NCBI GenBank assembly: GCA_016840855.1 | Contig: JAEORO010000057.1 | Coordinates: 1 to 30,865 of the forward strand | Direction of reading: 5' to 3' | DNA: 30,865 nt | Source: Candidatus Thorarchaeota archaeon | GTDB lineage: Archaea; Asgardarchaeota; Thorarchaeia; Thorarchaeales; Thorarchaeaceae | Shown here: in pieces, positions 27,288-30,865 of the stretch | Numbering within the stretch: position 1 is the stretch's first letter | Layout: the number at the start of each line of letters is the position of its first letter | Position numbers and translations under genes: made by a program | Notes under the pieces: generated by a model | Told to the model about the DNA's origin: nothing | The model's database searches: none | What the model saw: only the letters and a program-made list of their open reading frames with translations

Positions 27288-27839
27288 ATGACTTCTGGGC
27301 TTGTTCAGATATACACAGGTAATGGTAAAGGAAAAACCACTTGCGCGCTGGGAGCTGGACTTCGAGCTGCAGGACATGGTCTTGAAGTCCTAATGATTTC
27401 ATTTATGAAATCCAAGTTGGCGGTAAGAAACAGAGGCGAGGACATCAACTATGGCGAATTCAGAAGCACCGACTTGATACCGAATTTCACAATTATCCCG
27501 GTAGGGCGAGAAACATTTGTTGATAAAGAGAATCCAGACCCGATTGACATTAAAATGGCTCAAGATGGACTGCATCTTGCGCAAGACGCTGAAAAAGAGA
27601 AAAAATATGATGTTTTAATTCTAGATGAGATTAACGTCGCTGTTGAGTGGAACCTAATCTCACTTGATGATCAACTTGAACTGATTAAGTCTAAACCCCT
27701 CAAAATGGAACTAATAATGACTGGACGCTATGCTCGACAAGAAATTTTGGATGCTGCAGATCTCGTGACTGAAATGAATAATGTAAAACATTACTATGAT
27801 AGTCAGAAAATTCCAGCTCGCAGAGGATTTGAATTCTAG
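27288..27839 (+). CDS. cobO: ATP:cob(I)alamin adenosyltransferase (CobA/CobO/BtuR)
   Basis: YTGNGKGKTT.ALG..LRAAGHG, ILDEIN, ELIMTGR, ADLVTEM..KH, G.EF. Confidence 0.93.
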   Translation: MTSGLVQIYTGNGKGKTTCALGAGLRAAGHGLEVLMISFMKSKLAVRNRGEDINYGEFRSTDLIPNFTIIPVGRETFVDKENPDPIDIKMAQDGLHLAQDAEKEKKYDVLILDEINVAVEWNLISLDDQLELIKSKPLKMELIMTGRYARQEILDAADLVTEMNNVKHYYDSQKIPARRGFEF

Positions 27840-27913
27840 CATCTTCACTAAACGAATGTTTAATATTCTGTGCTTTTTTGGGACACATATCCGATGATTT
27901 GGAGGAGTTCTTG

Positions 27914-29593
27914 ATGGTTGACGATACATCAAAGAAGATTACTGCAGCCAAGAAAAGTTGGGAAAAGAATACGCTAACTTCACATCAGGCTGAATATCCT
28001 GACCGTAGGAAGGAGTTTGTCACGACCTCCAGCAAACCTGTTAGAGTTCTCTACACTCCTCTTGATGTCCCAAACTTTGATTATATGAAAGACTTGGGAT
28101 TTCCAAGCGAATATCCTTTCACTCGTGGAGTTCAACCTACCATGTATCGTGGACGACTTTGGACTATGAGGCAGTTCGCTGGAATGGGTTCAGCAGAGGA
28201 AACAAATGAACGGTTCAAGTTCCTTTTAGCTAATGGCCAAACTGGACTCAGTGTTGCTTTTCACTTACCAACAATCTTTGCTAGAGATTCAGACCATCCA
28301 TTTTCTCACGGAGAGGTAGGGAAACTCGGAGTAGCTGTCGATACTTTGAAAGATATGGAAATACTATTTGACGGAATTCCTCTAAATCAAGTTACTACAT
28401 CTATGACTATTAACGCCCCTGCATCAATACTTCTCGCGATGTATATGGTTGCAGCTGAAAAGCAGGGAGTCGCCTCTCACCAGATTGGGGGTACTATTCA
28501 GAATGACCTGCTCAAGGAGTATATGGCCCAGAAGTCTTGGATTCTTGCTCCTGCTCCTTCTCTAAGGATTGTTGGTGACATCATGGAGTATGCAACCAAG
28601 AACATACCACGCTGGAATACAATATCAATATCTGGATACCATATTCGAGAAGCTGGATCAACTGCAGTTCAAGAGTTGGCTTTCACATTACTCAATGGGA
28701 TGGAGTATGTGAAGCTTGGAATTAATCATGGACTAGATGTTGATTCCTTCGCGCCACGACTTTCATTCTTCTTTAATGCTCATAATGACATCTTTGAGGA
28801 GGTAGCAAAATACAGAGCTGCTCGACGCATCTGGGCTCGCGAGATGAAAGAAACATTTGAGGCAAAGGAAGACAGATCCTTATGGATGCGATTCCATACC
28901 CAGACTGCTGGCTGTTCTCTTACTGCGCAACAACCAATGGTCAATGTGGTTAGGACAGCATATCAAGCACTTGCTGCAGTGCTCGGAGGAACTCAGTCAT
29001 TACATACAAACTCAATGGATGAGGCGTTATGTCTTCCAACTGAAGAAGCTGTGCGAGTTGCATTAAGGACCCAACAAATTCTCGCCTATGAAAGTGGTGC
29101 AGCCAATACAATAGATCCACTGGCAGGGTCCTACTATATAGAAGCGCTCACAAATGAGATGGAAGAAGAAGCCTACAAGTACTTTGATAAAGTCAAAGCA
29201 CTCGGTGGGGTGGTTCAAGCAATCGAAAAAGGATTTTTCCAGAAGGAGATAGCAGAAGCCTCCTATCGCTATCAAAAGGAGATTGAAAGCGGAAATCGGA
29301 CTATTGTGGGCGTCAATGATTTCATTCTTGAAGGAGAAAAAATTTCAATCCCTGTCTTGAAGATTGATCCAGAAGTGGAACGCCGCCAAGTTGAACGAAC
29401 ACAGAAAATTAGGAAAGATCGTAACAACTCCAAAGTCGAGAAGGCTCTAGATGGACTTCGGAACGCATCTGAAGGTGAAGAGAATATCATGCCTCATGTG
29501 GTGAATGCGGTAAGAGAATATGCGACAATCGGAGAGATTTTCGAGGTCTGGCGTGAACTCTGGGGAGAATGGGATGAACCTAAAATCTTCTAA
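27914..29593 (+). CDS. icmA: Acyl-CoA mutase large subunit with isobutyryl-CoA mutase-type active-site residues
   Basis: YPFTRG, WTMRQFAG, GTIQNDLLKEYMAQK, SISGYHIREAG, QSLHTNS.DEA; no B12-binding domain; GGAGG RBS at 27901. Confidence 0.85.
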   Translation: MVDDTSKKITAAKKSWEKNTLTSHQAEYPDRRKEFVTTSSKPVRVLYTPLDVPNFDYMKDLGFPSEYPFTRGVQPTMYRGRLWTMRQFAGMGSAEETNERFKFLLANGQTGLSVAFHLPTIFARDSDHPFSHGEVGKLGVAVDTLKDMEILFDGIPLNQVTTSMTINAPASILLAMYMVAAEKQGVASHQIGGTIQNDLLKEYMAQKSWILAPAPSLRIVGDIMEYATKNIPRWNTISISGYHIREAGSTAVQELAFTLLNGMEYVKLGINHGLDVDSFAPRLSFFFNAHNDIFEEVAKYRAARRIWAREMKETFEAKEDRSLWMRFHTQTAGCSLTAQQPMVNVVRTAYQALAAVLGGTQSLHTNSMDEALCLPTEEAVRVALRTQQILAYESGAANTIDPLAGSYYIEALTNEMEEEAYKYFDKVKALGGVVQAIEKGFFQKEIAEASYRYQKEIESGNRTIVGVNDFILEGEKISIPVLKIDPEVERRQVERTQKIRKDRNNSKVEKALDGLRNASEGEENIMPHVVNAVREYATIGEIFEVWRELWGEWDEPKIF

Positions 29594-29605
29594 TCCTCTA
29601 TTTCG

Positions 29606-30865
29606 CTAGGTTGTTCCTCTTCTTCTTGTTATATATGTGACAATCACGACCACAAAAGCTCCACTTACCAGCGCAATCGCAATTATGGTGATATTTGGCC
29701 TACTTATTGTGAAGACAGAGTCAGATACATCATCTGACATGAACCCAACTCCATTTGAAGCCACAACTCGTACGAGGTATTGATTTCCATCGGGGATTCC
29801 ACTTATATCCCAGACAAATGTAGTATCTTCAAGATACTGAACTAGCTCATTCCATGTATCACCAGCATCTTGAGAATAATACACACTATATGTGACCGGA
29901 AGTCCCCACGATTCCACAGCATCACTCCACGTTATGGTATTGGTGCCAGAAATTGTTTCTCCTCCATTTGGTGTGAGTATGGTCGGAACTGATAACGTGT
30001 GACTTTTGACCTCGTATTCAGCACCAGTAGTATAATGTGAAATCAAACCTTCAGTACATTGAGCAACAATCTTGAATCTATATTGGTCACTCTCCGGGGA
30101 CTCTGAAGAAACCCAATCTAGTCTTGTATCACTGAGGTTGTGAGCAATCTGAATCCACTGGGATCCCCCATCAGGTGAAATTGACACATTGTAGGTCGCA
30201 CCATGACCAAATGTGTCACTAGAAACACTCCAGATAAGCGGAGTAGGTCCCCAGAATTTTTCTCCAGCTAATGTTTCGTTCGGATAGATCAATCTGGGTT
30301 TTGTGAGGATATGCATTAAATCAGTTTGGAACACAAGAACATGAGGTTCATCATCACTTAGTTCAGCACTATATGGATATGACCTATCAACAATATCATC
30401 AGCATTTTCATCCGGCCACGTCCACTGATCGTAATAGTTACCAATGATGTCATTATTTATGCCCGAATCAACAAGATATGAAGCGCTCTCAGAAAACAAG
30501 ATGTTGTTCTCAATGAAGTTATTCTGAGTAATATTGTTACTATCTGATTGACAACGCAAACCTTGCATCTGGCTTCTATAGAATGTATTAGCAACTACAT
30601 CAGAGGAATCTCCGGTCAGATCCAATGAATATGTCCCACTTTCATAAAAGACATTATCTTGAATAATGCTACGGGCTGAAGCTTCTATTGAAATGCCATC
30701 TGAAAGGCTGAAACTTACGAGATTCCACTCTATCCTACAATCATGGGAATTGCCTAGTTTTATTCCACTCATATTACTGTGGATGACTTCATTGTGAGTT
30801 ATATTATTCTTAGAAGAGTCACGTAAACGAATACCATCAAATGCAGACCCACTCACAAAATTGAC
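29606..30865 (-). CDS. Cell-surface protein: right-handed parallel beta-helix (NosD-like) + two FN3/Ig-like domains + C-terminal TM anchor; 5'-truncated
   Basis: Asn-rich beta-helix repeats, two repeated modules (PNxxE...I.WS...Y.V..S.D.G..W), C-terminal TM followed by RRR; frame is open to the window edge. Confidence 0.8.
   Translation of the reverse strand, partial: VNFVSGSAFDGIRLRDSSKNNITHNEVIHSNMSGIKLGNSHDCRIEWNLVSFSLSDGISIEASARSIIQDNVFYESGTYSLDLTGDSSDVVANTFYRSQMQGLRCQSDSNNITQNNFIENNILFSESASYLVDSGINNDIIGNYYDQWTWPDENADDIVDRSYPYSAELSDDEPHVLVFQTDLMHILTKPRLIYPNETLAGEKFWGPTPLIWSVSSDTFGHGATYNVSISPDGGSQWIQIAHNLSDTRLDWVSSESPESDQYRFKIVAQCTEGLISHYTTGAEYEVKSHTLSVPTILTPNGGETISGTNTITWSDAVESWGLPVTYSVYYSQDAGDTWNELVQYLEDTTFVWDISGIPDGNQYLVRVVASNGVGFMSDDVSDSVFTISRPNITIIAIALVSGAFVVVIVTYITRRRGTT

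Noticed and set aside
201-29490. Many short antisense or overlapping ORFs in the track (e.g. 3784-4119, 4956-5384, 15612-16103, 23608-24087)
   Set aside because: They are shadows of well-supported genes and have no recognisable motifs.
1-30865. CRISPR arrays, tRNA/rRNA genes, transposases or integrases
   Set aside because: No regularly spaced repeats, cloverleafs or mobile-element proteins were seen.

Overview
Gene-dense archaeal chromosomal window, most likely from an Asgard archaeon (Thorarchaeota-like). This is inferred from a single-domain gelsolin, a longin+roadblock protein, large TPR proteins and fwdDBA. From left to right: the end of a probable surface-glycan/acyl-transfer locus (acyl carrier protein, TPR protein, hexapeptide acyltransferase, circularly permuted polysaccharide deacetylase, VOC enzyme); several hypothetical proteins and the gelsolin; Zn-dehydrogenase, cupin, AhpD-like protein and lipoate ligase; a highly structured intergenic element with complementary loops; a C50 (bacterioruberin-type) carotenoid cluster (crtD-lyeJ-cruF divergent from crtB-crtI); a 2-oxoacid/acetoin dehydrogenase E1a-E1b-E2 operon; fwdD-fwdB-fwdA plus a methyltransferase; a long bactofilin-like beta-helix protein with a wHTH regulator; longin/roadblock, TPR and iron-sulfur flavoprotein genes; a cobalamin adenosyltransferase next to a B12 mutase with isobutyryl-CoA mutase specificity residues; and a partial surface protein. 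The strongest leads are the C50 carotenoid cluster, the structured RNA candidate at ~9020-9145, and the ACP with a decayed second copy on the other side of the TPR gene. All assignments come from motif recognition by eye; no database searches were run.
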